Shown: positions 24,328 to 36,710 of the stretch, piece after piece
Numbering within the stretch: the first letter of the stretch is position 1
Layout: every line of letters starts with the position of its first letter
Assembly: GCF_000143415.4 (NCBI RefSeq)
Contig: NW_003314273.1
Coordinates: 878,074 to 942,073 of the forward strand
Direction of reading: 5' to 3'
DNA: 64,000 nt
DNA from: Selaginella moellendorffii
Lineage: Eukaryota > Plantae > Lycopodiophyta
Position numbers and translations under genes: made by a program
The notes under the pieces: generated by a model
What the model saw: the letters and a program-made list of their open reading frames with translations, nothing else
The model's database searches: none
What the model was told of the DNA's origin: nothing

Positions 24328-26109
24328 ATGAGCCTTGGCGATGTTATCAGGCGGTGTGGGAGGGCCAAGGATCTAGCAGTCGCGAGAGAAATCCACGCGA
24401 GTGTTTCGCCGATCGGTCTGCGGCACGAGACTCGCCTGTGCAATCAGATGATTCAGATGTTTGGGAGCTGTGGGAGTCTGGATGATGCGAGGTTGGTGTT
24501 TGATGGAATCGCCAGCCCCAATCTATTCTCTTGGAACAATCTCCTGGCCGCGATTGCCAAGAACTCCAGCGCCCGCGAGGCGGCAGATTTCTTCGAGAAA
24601 ATGCCGACGAGAGATGCCGTGTCGTGGAATTCTCTCCTCGGAGCTTTTGCCGCCGTAAGGGATTTCGGGACTTTCGAAGGGCTTCTCGATAGAATGCCAC
24701 AGTGGGATTCTTTCTCTTGTAATCTCCGGTTGAAAGCTTTGCTAGATCGACAGGATTTCGAGGCCGCGACGAAATTCTACGATTCGATGCCTTGCAGGGA
24801 TGAAATCTCGCTCAACACAATGATCGCTGCTTACACTCGAATCGCGGATGCGAAAGCCGCCAAGAACATCTTCGAATGCTCCCCTGCTCGCGACTCCTCG
24901 ACATGGAATGCGATGCTCCACGCGCTCACCGCGAGCAAGCAATCGATCGCCGCGGGCGAGCTCCTGGAAAAGATGCCGCAAAGGAGCATCGAATCGTGGA
25001 CGGTTCTTCTCCATCTCTACGAACAAACTGGGGACTTTCGAGGCTCCAAGTCAATCTACGAAAATCTCCCCTACACCGACGTCATCGCATCGACTGCCAT
25101 GATCAGAGTCGCGGCGCGGACGGGAAATCTCGATCACGCGAAAGAGTTGTTCGATCAAATTTCTTCACGCGATCACATTTTGTGGACAGTGCTCTTGGGT
25201 GAGCTAGCTCGACAGCAAGAAATAGAATATGCCTATGCCATGTTTCAAAAGATGCCTCAATGGGACAATGTATCGTGGAATTCTATGCTTGTGGCATATG
25301 CCGAGATTGGGCAAATTCAAAATGCGGAAATATTGTACAGAAAGATTCCTTTTCCAGATGTTTTTTCCGCTAGCATCATGGTAAATCTTTACGGACAGGT
25401 AAATTTACCGTGGAAGGCTGAGGGTTTGTTTCTGGCTACGTGTGTGAGAAATGCAGTGGTGTGGACGGCTTTACTAGCGGCATTTACCTATTCCAGGCAT
25501 TTAGAGAAGGTAAAGTTTCTATTTACACGAATGCCTTGTTGGAACATGGTGGCATGGACGGGTGTGATGGTCGCTCACGCGTCTGTCGGTGAGCTATCGA
25601 CGGCTAGGATGGTGTTTGATGACATCCCTGAGGTGGATATGCCCGCCTGGAATGCTTTGATAGCAGCATATGCCTTGAAAGGGCATTTGTCTCAGGTGGT
25701 CGAGCTCTCCAATTGCGCGAGCTTGGAAGGGATGATAGCCGACGAGGCCACGTTTAGCAGCATTCTCTCTTGCTTTAGGGTTTGTGGATCGGTCGAGGAG
25801 GGCCGGTGGTGGTTCCTGGTGATGGTGTCGGATCACCGATTGAGGGCTGGAATGGAGCATTACTTGTGTATGATCGATATTCTGGGGCGCGCGGGGGAGC
25901 TAGCGAAGGCGGAGGAGCTGATCCAGAGCATGCCATTCCAGCCGGACGCCGTGGCGTGGAAGATTTTGGCCAATGCGTGCAAGATCCACCGGGAAATCGA
26001 GCGGGGCAAGCAATCCGGGGAGGCGGCGCTGGCGCTGGATCCAGATCAGGTGTCGCCCTATGTGATTCTGGCGAACAACTACAGGGAAAAGGGAGGAATG
26101 TGTGACTAG
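24328..26109 (+). CDS. PLS-class PPR protein with E domain
   Basis: Intronless; HYLCMIDILGRAG...MPFQPDAVAW; first plausible ATG at 24328. Confidence 0.9.
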   Translation: MSLGDVIRRCGRAKDLAVAREIHASVSPIGLRHETRLCNQMIQMFGSCGSLDDARLVFDGIASPNLFSWNNLLAAIAKNSSAREAADFFEKMPTRDAVSWNSLLGAFAAVRDFGTFEGLLDRMPQWDSFSCNLRLKALLDRQDFEAATKFYDSMPCRDEISLNTMIAAYTRIADAKAAKNIFECSPARDSSTWNAMLHALTASKQSIAAGELLEKMPQRSIESWTVLLHLYEQTGDFRGSKSIYENLPYTDVIASTAMIRVAARTGNLDHAKELFDQISSRDHILWTVLLGELARQQEIEYAYAMFQKMPQWDNVSWNSMLVAYAEIGQIQNAEILYRKIPFPDVFSASIMVNLYGQVNLPWKAEGLFLATCVRNAVVWTALLAAFTYSRHLEKVKFLFTRMPCWNMVAWTGVMVAHASVGELSTARMVFDDIPEVDMPAWNALIAAYALKGHLSQVVELSNCASLEGMIADEATFSSILSCFRVCGSVEEGRWWFLVMVSDHRLRAGMEHYLCMIDILGRAGELAKAEELIQSMPFQPDAVAWKILANACKIHREIERGKQSGEAALALDPDQVSPYVILANNYREKGGMCD

Positions 26110-26185
26110 GGTTTATAGAATGGGACTCCCATCGCTGGGCGCTGCGGCATTGATGTAGAGCGAGGAGAAGCTCCATCCAGGCACA

Positions 26186-26905
26186 ATGGTGAAGGCACTC
26201 ACAGAGGAGGAGAAGCTCCACAAATTGGTGGAAGCAGTGTTCCAGGATTCGGACAACGATGTCACTGTGGCATTCAAGGTCACAAAGAGCCAGTCGGCCT
26301 GGGGAGCTCTCTCGCGTTCCACTAGCAAGCCTCGAGTGCTTGCGATCACTTGTAAGTAATGGTGTTTGTCTTCTCAAGTTGGTAACTCCTCTCGTATCAA
26401 TGCAGGCAAGCGCTCACCCACGACCCAGAAGTTCAAGGTCACTCTTCATGTTCTCAAGTATAGCTCCTCTGGGTTTCAGGCAAGAATTGTGGTGGTGATA
26501 GCAATGTTTGGTCTCACTTTTTCTTTGGTTTTTTTCTTTTGAAGAGGGCTAAGCTATACAAAATGAAGCATCTGTCCAGGGTGGAAGTTGTTCCCAGCGA
26601 CAGCACCGGTTGCACATTTGTTCTGGTACGTGTTTTCATTTTTTTCTTTCGTTACTGATAGATACTGTTCTCCAGGGTTTTGACAACTTGAAGATCCAGA
26701 ATGTAGCTCCTCCTCAATGGACGATGCGAAACGTAGACGAGAGGTAGGCATCGCTTTTGAAAAACACTTCTTTTAGTTATTGCATGGCGTGGCGTACAGG
26801 AATCGCTTCCTCACAACCGTTATACGACTTTGTAAGGAAAACCTCGGTCGTATACCGAAGATTGTGGGCATGGACGTGGTAGAAATGGCGTTATGGGAAC
26901 AGGTA

Positions 26906-26937
<32 letters not shown>

Positions 26938-29900
26938 AATCAGCTTTTGATTGAGATTTGGTGTGGAACAGGCGCATTCTGATACAGCGGCAACGCCATC
27001 CGGAACTGCGACCGCGGATGGAGTTGATCAAACAGACCTTAAGGTCACTGTAGAAAGGGAGCTCGTTTCCAAGGCCGAAGAGGACGATATGGAGGCTCTA
27101 CTTGGCACGTACGTAAAATTTCCAATTTTCTTAATGTGCGTTTGTGAAACCTCATTCGACTCAGATACGTTATGGGACTTGACGAAGCTGAGGCATTCTC
27201 GGAACGTTTAAAACGAGAGCTTTTAGCATTGGAAGCCGCTAACGTCCATGCAATATTGGAAAGCGATCCTTTGGTTGAGGAGGTAAATTTTCAAAGAACA
27301 ATATAGTGTTGGCTGTGTTTACAACAATCGTTATATGGTATAGGTTCTTAGACGTTTGAATAATGCGTCAGAAGCGGTCGAAGACATGGATGAATGGCTA
27401 GGAATATTTAACGTCAAGCTTAGGCACATGCGGGAAGACATCGAATCGGTATCCGAAATCTTCATTCTGGATGTTTTATCTTAACTGTCTTGCAGATAGA
27501 ATCTAGAAACAACATGCTGGAGATGCAAGTTCAGAACAACGCAGCCCTTGTTGCGGAGCTTAATAAACTTCTGGAAAGACTACATGTTCCTCCTCAGGTG
27601 CTTGTTTCTTTCTTCTTTATATTTTCTCATTGCTGATACATCAGTATGCAACACTGCTGACAAGCGGAGCGTTTGATGAATCGAGAATGCCACAAAATGT
27701 TGACGCTTGCGACTGGCTAGCAGGAGCAATTCGTGGAATGGAACCTCCACTTATGGATCCAGCCTATGTTAATATGCGTGCGGTAAACATTTTTACCGTA
27801 CTCTCATGCATTTTGACATGAAAGCTAGTTTTACAGGTAAAAGACAAGCGAGGGGAACTCGAAAAATTGAAGTCGACATTTGTTCGTCGTGCTTCTGAAT
27901 TTCTGAGAAGTTATTTTTCCAATCTTGTCGATTTTATGATAAGCGACAAAACATATTTTTCACAGGTAGCCTTTTCGTTTTGGTGTTCGCTTGCTGATTT
28001 TCTTCTTGCAGAGGGGTCAGCTGAAAAGGCCCGACCACGCAGATTTACGATTCAAATGTAGAACATATGCTCGTTTGCTGCAGCACTTAAAGGTGCTACC
28101 ATTTCTACCTCGTCTTTGTCTCACACTAGCCATTTGATACTTCAGGGGCTAGACAAAAATTCATTGGGACCTTTGAGAAAGGCTTATTGCCAGTCCTTGA
28201 ACTTACTGCTACGGCGAGAGGTATAGTTTGTGTGATTTTTCTGACTTTCTGATTAAGGTTTTCGATGTTTTGTGGAAATTTACAGGCTCGTGAATTCGCA
28301 AATGAGCTTCGTGCAAGCACGAAGGTCTTAAGGAGTTCAGCTGTTTGGATGGACAATGCTGTTGCTGGTGGAGGAACGACTGGTTCTATGGGTGACACAT
28401 CCACAGTTTCTGATGCATACGCCAAGATGTTACGAATATTTGTACCCCTTCTTGTCGACGAGGTAAGTTGCAGTTTCCACTATTTATTAAGTTTATGGTG
28501 ATGGCGATTTTATGCAGAGTGCATTTTTTGCGTCATTTATGTGCTATGAAGTTTTACCTTTGGCCCCTCCCAGAGCCGGTGATGAGAAAAGTGGAGACGA
28601 TGAGGATGATACTCCATTAGATTTAGATGGAGCAGATGCAAAGCCGAGTAAGTTTAGTTGAGATGAAAGATTTTACACGACTTTGGACTTTCCAGCGGAA
28701 CAAAACGCTGCGGAGATGGAAGCCTTGAATCAGGCTCTTCAAGAGCTTCTTGATGGCATTCAGGTAGCGTCTATGTGATTTCGTTGACGTCTAACACAAT
28801 CTGTTTCAGGAGGATTTCTATGCTGTTGTGGATTGGGCTTACAAAGTTGATCCTTTGAGGTGCATCTCAATGCAAGGGACAACAGAACGATATCTCTCAA
28901 GTCACAAAGCTGATGCCGCTGGTTTTGTTAGGCGCCTATTGGCTGATTTGCAAGCCAGGATCAGTAACCAATTTTCTAAGGTAAGTGTTTCTATCCCGCA
29001 TGCTCTTCTAACTCAGCATGCCTCTTTAGTTCCTGGATGAAGTTTGCCATCAAATAGAAAAGCACGACCGTAACGTCAGGCAGACGGGTGTACTCTCATA
29101 CGTTCCGAGGTGGACTGTTATTTCTGTAATCAAACATCGATCACGTACTGATTCATTGGTTCTAGGTTCGCAAGTCTAGCCTCACGAATGGAAGGATTGG
29201 TGCAGGGCATGTCGAGAGACATGGTGGATCTAGCTTACACGAGGCTGGTACGTTCAAACATTTTCATATAGGAACCAAAGTGTGTTTGTTTATGTGTAGG
29301 TGGGAACAATGTTCTCTGTGTTGGAACGTATTGCACAAAATGATCCAAAGTACGCAGACGTTTTACTGCTGGAAAATTATGCTTCTTTTCAGAACAGGTG
29401 CACAAAGGTTAACAATTCGACTATCGAACTTACTTTCATTTTATAGCATGTTTGACTTGGCAAATATGGTACCCACACTAGCTCGATTTTACCAGCAAGC
29501 TAGTGAAGCATATGAGCAAGCGTGCACTCGATACGTGAACTCTATCATCAACATGGTAGGATTATAATCACTCCAGCGTTTCTAATTTTCTTTTCACTTC
29601 TCGTTTCTCAGCAATTTGAGAAGCTGTTCCAGTTCGGCCAACGAGTGGAAAACCTGCTGTATACAATCACTCCAGAAGAGGTAAGTAGGAAAGTTTGTTG
29701 TGTAATGTCAAAGACTCTAAACCTTTTCCAGGTTCCCTTCCAACTGGGAGTTTCCAAAAACGAACTACGCAAAGTGGTGAAGGCTAGCTTGTCTGGCGTA
29801 CGTTTAATTCGTTTACTGTTGGAAGGCCTTCAAATTCTTTCTCATGCAGGTGGAAAGGTCGCTCCAGGCCATGTATAAAAAGATGCAAAAGACTTTAGTG

Positions 29901-30101
29901 TCAGAGGAGTTGTTGCCAAATCTTTGGGATAAATGCAAGGTATGATCTTGCTTTCTTGTCTCGAGGATTAAATCTTGGTCTTTCCAGGTTGATTTTATTG
30001 ACAAATACGAAAGCCTGGAAGCGTTGCTACAAAAGTGCTACCCATCTGAGACATTGAGCCCCTCGTCAACAGAAATGAAAGAGCTTTTCAAAACAGTTTG
30101 A
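26186..30101 (+). CDS. SEC3: Exocyst complex component SEC3, >20 exons
   Basis: [77 protein letters not shown]. Confidence 0.93.
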
Positions 30102-31446
30102 TCATCCGCATTGTAAAAGAGTTTAAAAAGGTTAGGATGGATTGAAGAAATGAGTGCAGTAATCTTGCATATTTTGTAAACGATTAAATATTTTAAATTT
30201 GCATAAATAAATAAATAAATATATTAAGAAATCATATAAAGTAGCTTAGAAATATTATTTGATTATAACTTTACGCAATTACCGTTTGTTAATTAACATT
30301 CTTGAACGGTATATAATAAAATATTTAATAAAAGGTAAAAATAAAGGTGGTTTGAAATAAAGTTGTTTTGAAGATAAATAACTATATGAATAAGAATGAT
30401 ATAGCAAAGATAAGTTTTTGTGCAATAAAGACCGCCATACAAGACCACAAAAAAAGTACAAGTTTTTAGATATTATTTGTGTTTTTAACTTTACTTTCGA
30501 TTTTGAAATTATTTTAGTTTTATCATAGAATTTTATTGTCATTTTATTATAATATTATAATAATAACTCTTAAAAAAGATGCAATTCTTATTCGAACACA
30601 GATTTTCTTTCTTCCCATGGAACTTGGGAAGAAACATACCCAAGATAAATTTCTATCGGCAGTCATACTTGATTGCAAAAAGTCAGCGGACATCTTGTGT
30701 TATCGATCACGACACTTCCAGTCATGAAAAATCGTCATGAGCCTAAGTTATGATCACCAGCACGTCCCTCAGGCTGGGTGGTGGTGAGCTTCCAGTCAGA
30801 TGAGAATATCCATAATCGTGAATCTCCGGTTGTCCAGAATGCCGATCAAGCCACATTCTAAGAAATTCGCTGGCGCCCTGGTTCTTGGGGTTTGGCTTTA
30901 GTGGCTTGATTCTAACAAATTCTGCATGCCACACATCCCGGCAGATAGATCAGCTGAGCTGAAGCGGCAGGTTCAAGAGCATGCGCCAGACGAAAGAGAT
31001 GATAGGGTGCTTCCCGATCGGATCCAGGGAAAGAAGGTGCGCAAGACAACAAGGCAGTTTGGGTTTCTGCACGAGCACTTCAATGCCATGAAGCCGCTCC
31101 TGTTGCTTGAGAACATTGACGCGAAAGCGGCCAGTTGCGGAACGGGATGCTCCAGAAGCTCAAGAAAATCTGCGGAGCTGCCACAAGTGACACTAGGAAG
31201 CAGTCTTGTGCGGCTTTCCGGACTTCATTCGGCATCTCAGTTCACTTCCAGAACGCTGGAAACTAGGAGGTGTCCGCTTTTTTGTTTCTCTCTCATAACT
31301 CTGGTGTGTGTCAAGAGGTAATGTAAAATACATTAAAAACATTTATATTAGTTTTAAGAACCACTACTTTAATTTTAAAAAAGGGATATTTTTTCATACT
31401 AGCCTCATAAAAAGAAAAACTCTATGCTTCAAATGTTTCTCGTGTT

Positions 31447-32409
31447 TTAATCAAACCTCGTCTTCGTAGGCGCTAGATTTGATATTTCCTGGAAGTTCGA
31501 GTGTCAGCATTTCCTATGATCGATCCCTAGTATGATACTCACAATTTCTGGGTAATCGTAGCCAAGAGCCTGTAGTTTTGTCCGCCGTGCTTTATCCTTG
31601 CGCGCGAATTTTTCCACCAAGCGCTGCCTTCGTTCTAAACTCATCTCCTAAAAAAAAGCTTCCTGGTAAATGAGCATCACATCTATAGATACTCACCTCG
31701 TTGGTCTTAGTTTTGGAAGGTAAGTAGAACTTCTTGTTTGCTCCATTCCATCTGCACAAAAATACGTCAGCAGGCACATCGAGAGAAAAAGAAAACGTAC
31801 AAAGATGGATGGATTTGATCAGTCGGAACAATCTTTACTTGAAGCATCCTTCCAAACATGAGATAGTTGTTCATGCTCTCGGCGACGATTTGAGCAATCT
31901 GGGGATAATTTAGAGGCTATCACAATGTGAGAAAACGTTTAGCTCTTACCTCTGGCGTTTCAAACTCTACAAAAGCGTAGTGCTTAGACTTTCCAGTCTG
32001 CAAAGAGAGAAGAAAAGTGTAAAAGAAGGTTTCACGGGACAAACATTCACGAGAACCTTCTTATTGCGAGAAAGGCGTAGTCGTGTCACAGCCCCAAATT
32101 GAGAGAAGTATCCTACATGAACAAGTCAGTGATCCATCCAGCAAAGCCGAAAAAAAAAAACAACCTCGCATTTGATCTTCATAAAAACCGTGTGGAATCC
32201 TTCCAATGTAGACCACAGAAGATCTTCTCTTGCCTTGCTCATCAAATTCTGTGAGAATCCGGGAAGAAGAGCTCCGCTGCTTCCTCTTCTTGGAGCTCCC
32301 GGCGGCGCCGGCCTCTAGAGGCTGCAATCAATGGAGCCGTGGGATCGACCGGAGAAGGAAGAGAACTTACCAGAAACGATGGAGCCCGGGCGCCCTCGCT
32401 ACTCGCCAT
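31447..32409 (-). CDS. NIFK: NIFK/Nop15-like nucleolar RRM protein, multi-exon
   Basis: VVYIGRIPHGFYEDQMR, TGKSKHYAFVEFE, MNNYLMF. Confidence 0.88.
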
Positions 32410-32448
32410 CGCCCTAATTTCACTTCTCTAGGGTTTTAGGGTTCTTCG
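32410..32448. promoter_or_regulatory. 39-bp divergent spacer with telo-box motifs
   Basis: ctagggttttagggtt between two head-to-head ATGs. Confidence 0.5.
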
Positions 32449-34823
32449 ATGTTGAGGCAAATTGCGCGAGCTTCCGGCTACTGCTGGAGGAGGAATCGAG
32501 ATTTCCACACGCTCTATTTGCACCGGACAGTCACTGAGGCCGACGATCGTGCTGCTAGAGCGGTCAGGGTGGGATTGTTGGGCGTTCTTCGAGTGCTCGA
32601 ACGCGATGTGGGGTATTTTAGACCTGTCGGGGCGGCAAACGCTGACGCGGTGAAGGGTTTCGATACAATGTGGGGGATCGATCGAAGAAAAGCGCTAGAA
32701 TTTCTCGCGAATGGCGATCTGGACGAGATGCTGGAGCAAATTTACGTCGGTAAGTTACTTCTTTTTGTCCATGTGTCTCTTTTCTTCCTTTCCTCGTTTA
32801 TGATCTTTCTCCTGTCCAGCTTACAGAGAGCTCAAGAGAAGGCACGAGTGTGTGCTGATCGAAGGAACACAGTTTTGTAGAGATGCGAGTGCTTTGGACG
32901 CTCACATTGCCAGTGCTCTTGGATCGCCAGTGCTCCTTGCGACCAATGTAGACGCTCTTCGTCAACTATGGAGCAGTAAGGATCACGCAGAGAATTTGCA
33001 GGACTGGGCCACAGAAATAGCAACTTACACTCGATGCAGCGCTCTTGCTTTTGAAAAGCTGAAGGTCAGAGTTGTGGGAGGTTTTGTATATGGATCTTCT
33101 GACGCTCCAGATATGAGAAAAGTCTTTTCAAAGTGGAAACTTCAGTTCGTGGGAGCACTTCCAGGCTTCGATGAACGTGAAAACCCGGTGGTAAATTCTT
33201 CGCATTGGCTAAAGCTTGATATAAGTATCTACTTTGTTCTCCAGAAGGCGTTTGCCGATAACATTGAGATCGAGGCTTTAAAACGAAACATGCCAGAGGT
33301 ATGTAGCTTGAAATTTCATTCTCGATTTCACAACTACACTTGTGTTTAAAGGAAAATGCAGCTCCAGTGAGTCCACTGCTGTTCAGAAACTCTTTGTTTT
33401 CTAGAGCGAAAGAAAACAATCAAGTCATACTGCTGCCAGAGGTAAGCTTCATCCGTTTTTGCTTTTTCGTTTCCAAAATATTTACTTGCTGAAAAATAGT
33501 GCAGGGTGATGAGCCGCGAACGGTTCAAGCTGCAGGATTTATTCTCCAACACGGGTTGTGCAGTTTAATCCTTTTGGGAGAGCGAGAAAAACTTCTTGAG
33601 GCTGCCAAGGTGTACAATGTCGATTTACGCTCGGCCATTATCAAAGATCCATCCGACCCGCAAGAGCTGGAGAAGTACGCGACAGTGTACTATCAAACAC
33701 GCAAACACAAGGTAAAGTTTCTCATTTTACGAGCAGCGTCTTACGGTCTTCATTGCTCAGGGAATGACGTTGGAAAAAGCAAGAGAAATTCTTGGCAACG
33801 ATCCGATCACTCTGGGAACTTGCATGGTGTCTGCCGGAGACGCAGACGGGATGGTCTGCGGAGCAGTCCACACCACCGCCAACACTGTTCGTCCCGCTCT
33901 GCAAATTATCAAGGTAAAGACAGTCTCAGACGCAAAAGATCTAAACAAGCAGCGACATCTAGACGGATCCAGCGACGCCAATCGTCAGCAGCGTAATGTT
34001 CATATGTCTCGAAGACGCGGTCGTGGCCTATGCCGACGTTGCCATCAATGCAAGCCCGTCTGCTGACGAGCTCGCGACGATAGCAATCGCATCTGCTGAC
34101 ACGGTCACGGCTTTTGGATTGGAACCTCGCGTTGCATTGCTCTCTTACGCAACTGGAGACTCCAATGCAGGTACTGAGAATGGAAATCTGGCCTTCACAT
34201 ATTTTCTACTTGTGAAACTAGGCCCACTTGTACAAAAGGTCGCGGACGCTGCCAGCATCGCAAGATCCAGACGCCCGGATTTATTACTCGAGGGACCATT
34301 CCAGGTGCTGCCAGTATTTGTTTGCCACGATCCCAAGGATGATCTTATCGCTTTGCTGCATGTGTGCAGTATGATGCAGCGGTCAATGCGGCGGCCGCAA
34401 AGATCAAGCTCAAAGGAAAGAATAGCGAAGTTGCTGGAAAAGTAAGCTATAGGATTCGAAACTTCTGTTTTTTTTCTCTTAGTGTGAATCGTGTGTCGCA
34501 GGCAAACGTATTCATCTTTCCAGATTTGAATTCCAGCAACATTGCATGCAAAGTTGTACAGCAGGTAAGCAAAAAATCTGTTTTAATCGCGGAAAAAAAT
34601 ATTTCTCTTTTTGTTTTTGTTTTTTTTTTTCTTGTAGCACACTGGAGCTACTGTCATTGGTCCTATCCTCCAAGGCCTCCGGAAGCCCGTCAATGATCTA
34701 AGCCGGGGCTGCACTGTCAAAGACATAATCGCCACAATCGCCACTACGGCTATCCAGGCAGCGGCAGAGAAGAAGAAAAGCAAAGCAGTAGCAGTCGAAG
34801 CGATGAAAGCACGTAAAGAATAA
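32449..34823 (+). CDS. pta: Phosphate acetyltransferase (phosphotransacetylase) with N-terminal extension and putative mitochondrial presequence
   Basis: [91 protein letters not shown]. Confidence 0.93.
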
Positions 34824-35066
34824 TAAAAGGACGCAAAACAAAAACAAAACTAGCGACGCTGTGATCGATCTACGAGCAATCAATCAAAGCGACGACCGTG
34901 AATCAAAAGAATCTCCTGCGAGAAGTTTTCTCCTTGGTTCCTCCCTTCTAAGCAGCCAGCACAGTGGCTCGCTCTCTCTCAACGAAAAAAAGAAGAAAGA
35001 GGAAGGAACCCGAGTCGTCAACCAAAAAAAAAATAAGAAGCTCTCGCTCTCGCTCTCTCCCTCAAA

Positions 35067-36710
35067 TCAATGGATGTTGCACTGCTGGACGTAGGCGTGC
35101 GAGTAATTTACATACCTCTCCCACAGCGGCTTGTAGCGACTCATGGCCAGCTTGAGCCACGGCTTCATGTTCCCGTTGAAATGCACCACCCCGGCGCTCT
35201 CGATCAGCTGGGCATCGATGTTTGGATCGTATCCCAGTCCCAGGACGTGCAGCTTGCGATCCAGCGGCTCCGTGAGGCCGTAGAAAGTGAGCAATCCCGG
35301 CGGCAGCGTCCCCAGCTTCCACAGCGTCCTGTCCACGTTTTGCTCCTGCCAGTAGTGGTACCGGGCTGTAACGTTGGCTCTCTTCCACGCCACCAGGTCG
35401 AAGACGTTCATGCCGAACGCCCAGCCGCACGCGTCCGGGTCGAAGTTGGCCTTGATCTTGGGGTGCGAGAAGTTGAGGTACTTGTGGTAGCGGTGGAAGC
35501 TCTCCAGGCACGTCTCCACGGCGCCGTTGACGTTGCCGTGGAGATCGATGGAGAAGAGCGGCGTGAGGTCCTTTTGCACCACGATGTCGTCGTCCAGGAA
35601 CACCACCTTCTGGAGCTCCGGGTAAATCTCCGGGATGTAGAAGCGCAGGTGGTTGAGCATGGAGAGGTACTTCGGGTTCCGGAACTTGACCGCGTTCTTG
35701 CTCTCCTGCCCGGATTTGAAGTAGTAGCTCTGCGTCTCGACGTCCTGGAGCTGCTTGAGCACCGGCACGTAGGACGCGTTCAACCACGTAAACGTGTCGA
35801 TGTTCTGGACCTCGATCGTCGCCCCCTTGAAGTCGTTCTGAGCAAACCAGACTCTCATGGCGCCAAAGTTGACGCTGTCCGTCACCAGGTGGAAAACCAG
35901 CTGCGTCGGCCGCTTGGCGTTGCAAACCGTGGAGTTGATCACCACCGAGGTCCCCAGGATGTTGTCCGAGAAGACCACGAAGTGATAGAGGTCCTGGTCC
36001 GTCAACGCCGGGGAGTGCTGCTGCTTGGAGAGCTCCCCTCGCGTCTCGGCCCACTCGAGCGTCAGCTGCATCCCCAGGCAGTAGAGGCTCTTTGGGACGG
36101 CCTCGGCAGCGAGCTGACCAAAGGTGGTGCTTTGGACGGTGGCGGCGCTGGCACGCTCCTCGAGCGCTTGGATCTGCGCCTTGAACTTCATGATCACCGT
36201 GGCGATGTCGTAGTGAAGCTCTCTCGATTGGTAAATGAGCGACGCCAGCTGCTTCATGATCGGCTCGGCCTCGGCGGCGGTGATTGGCGACGCTCTCGTT
36301 GCTACCTGTGAGAAGAGAAGCTGGCAGGCCCTGATCTGTGCGCTCAACTCCCAGGCTAGCTGCAAGTTGCTGTTCTCTTTGGCGATGACCAAGTAAGCCT
36401 TTGCTAGAACCATCTGATCTCCAAGCTGCCGAGCGTATGAGCGAACATCCAGGAGCTCTTCCGTGAGATTAAATGAATCGGCTATGACCACGTCAAGAGG
36501 TTGATTCGTTGGCTGGAAAGCACAGGCGAAAAAGTAAGAACAGCGAAGAAAAAAAAGGGAATTCCAGACACTCACCGGAGCTATTGGAGCTGGATGTTTG
36601 GATAATCCAAAGAGCGCCACAATGAGCAGTCCCAGCAGGCCAATCGAGAGGCAAATCGAGACGAGCGAGAGCCTCCTCCGCCTCCGGACACTGTACGGTG
36701 GTCGCCTCAT
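35067..36710 (-). CDS. GAUT: Galacturonosyltransferase (GT8, GAUT10/11 clade), one intron near 36514-36574
   Basis: RNPKYLSMLNHLRFYIPE, FLDDDIVVQKDL, LWKLGTLPPGL, HFNGNMKPW. Confidence 0.95.
   Translation of the reverse strand: MRRPPYSVRRRRRLSLVSICLSIGLLGLLIVALFGLSKHPAPIAPVSVWNSLFFLRCSYFFACAFQPTNQPLDVVIADSFNLTEELLDVRSYARQLGDQMVLAKAYLVIAKENSNLQLAWELSAQIRACQLLFSQVATRASPITAAEAEPIMKQLASLIYQSRELHYDIATVIMKFKAQIQALEERASAATVQSTTFGQLAAEAVPKSLYCLGMQLTLEWAETRGELSKQQHSPALTDQDLYHFVVFSDNILGTSVVINSTVCNAKRPTQLVFHLVTDSVNFGAMRVWFAQNDFKGATIEVQNIDTFTWLNASYVPVLKQLQDVETQSYYFKSGQESKNAVKFRNPKYLSMLNHLRFYIPEIYPELQKVVFLDDDIVVQKDLTPLFSIDLHGNVNGAVETCLESFHRYHKYLNFSHPKIKANFDPDACGWAFGMNVFDLVAWKRANVTARYHYWQEQNVDRTLWKLGTLPPGLLTFYGLTEPLDRKLHVLGLGYDPNIDAQLIESAGVVHFNGNMKPWLKLAMSRYKPLWERYVNYSHAYVQQCNIH

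Noticed and set aside
32449-34823. Bacterial contamination as the source of pta
   Set aside because: Multiple spliceosomal introns and contiguous plant genes on both sides
35062-36311. Long overlapping ORFs (413 aa on +, 330 aa on -) over GAUT
   Set aside because: Shadow frames caused by very high GC3 in the GAUT exon; no motifs
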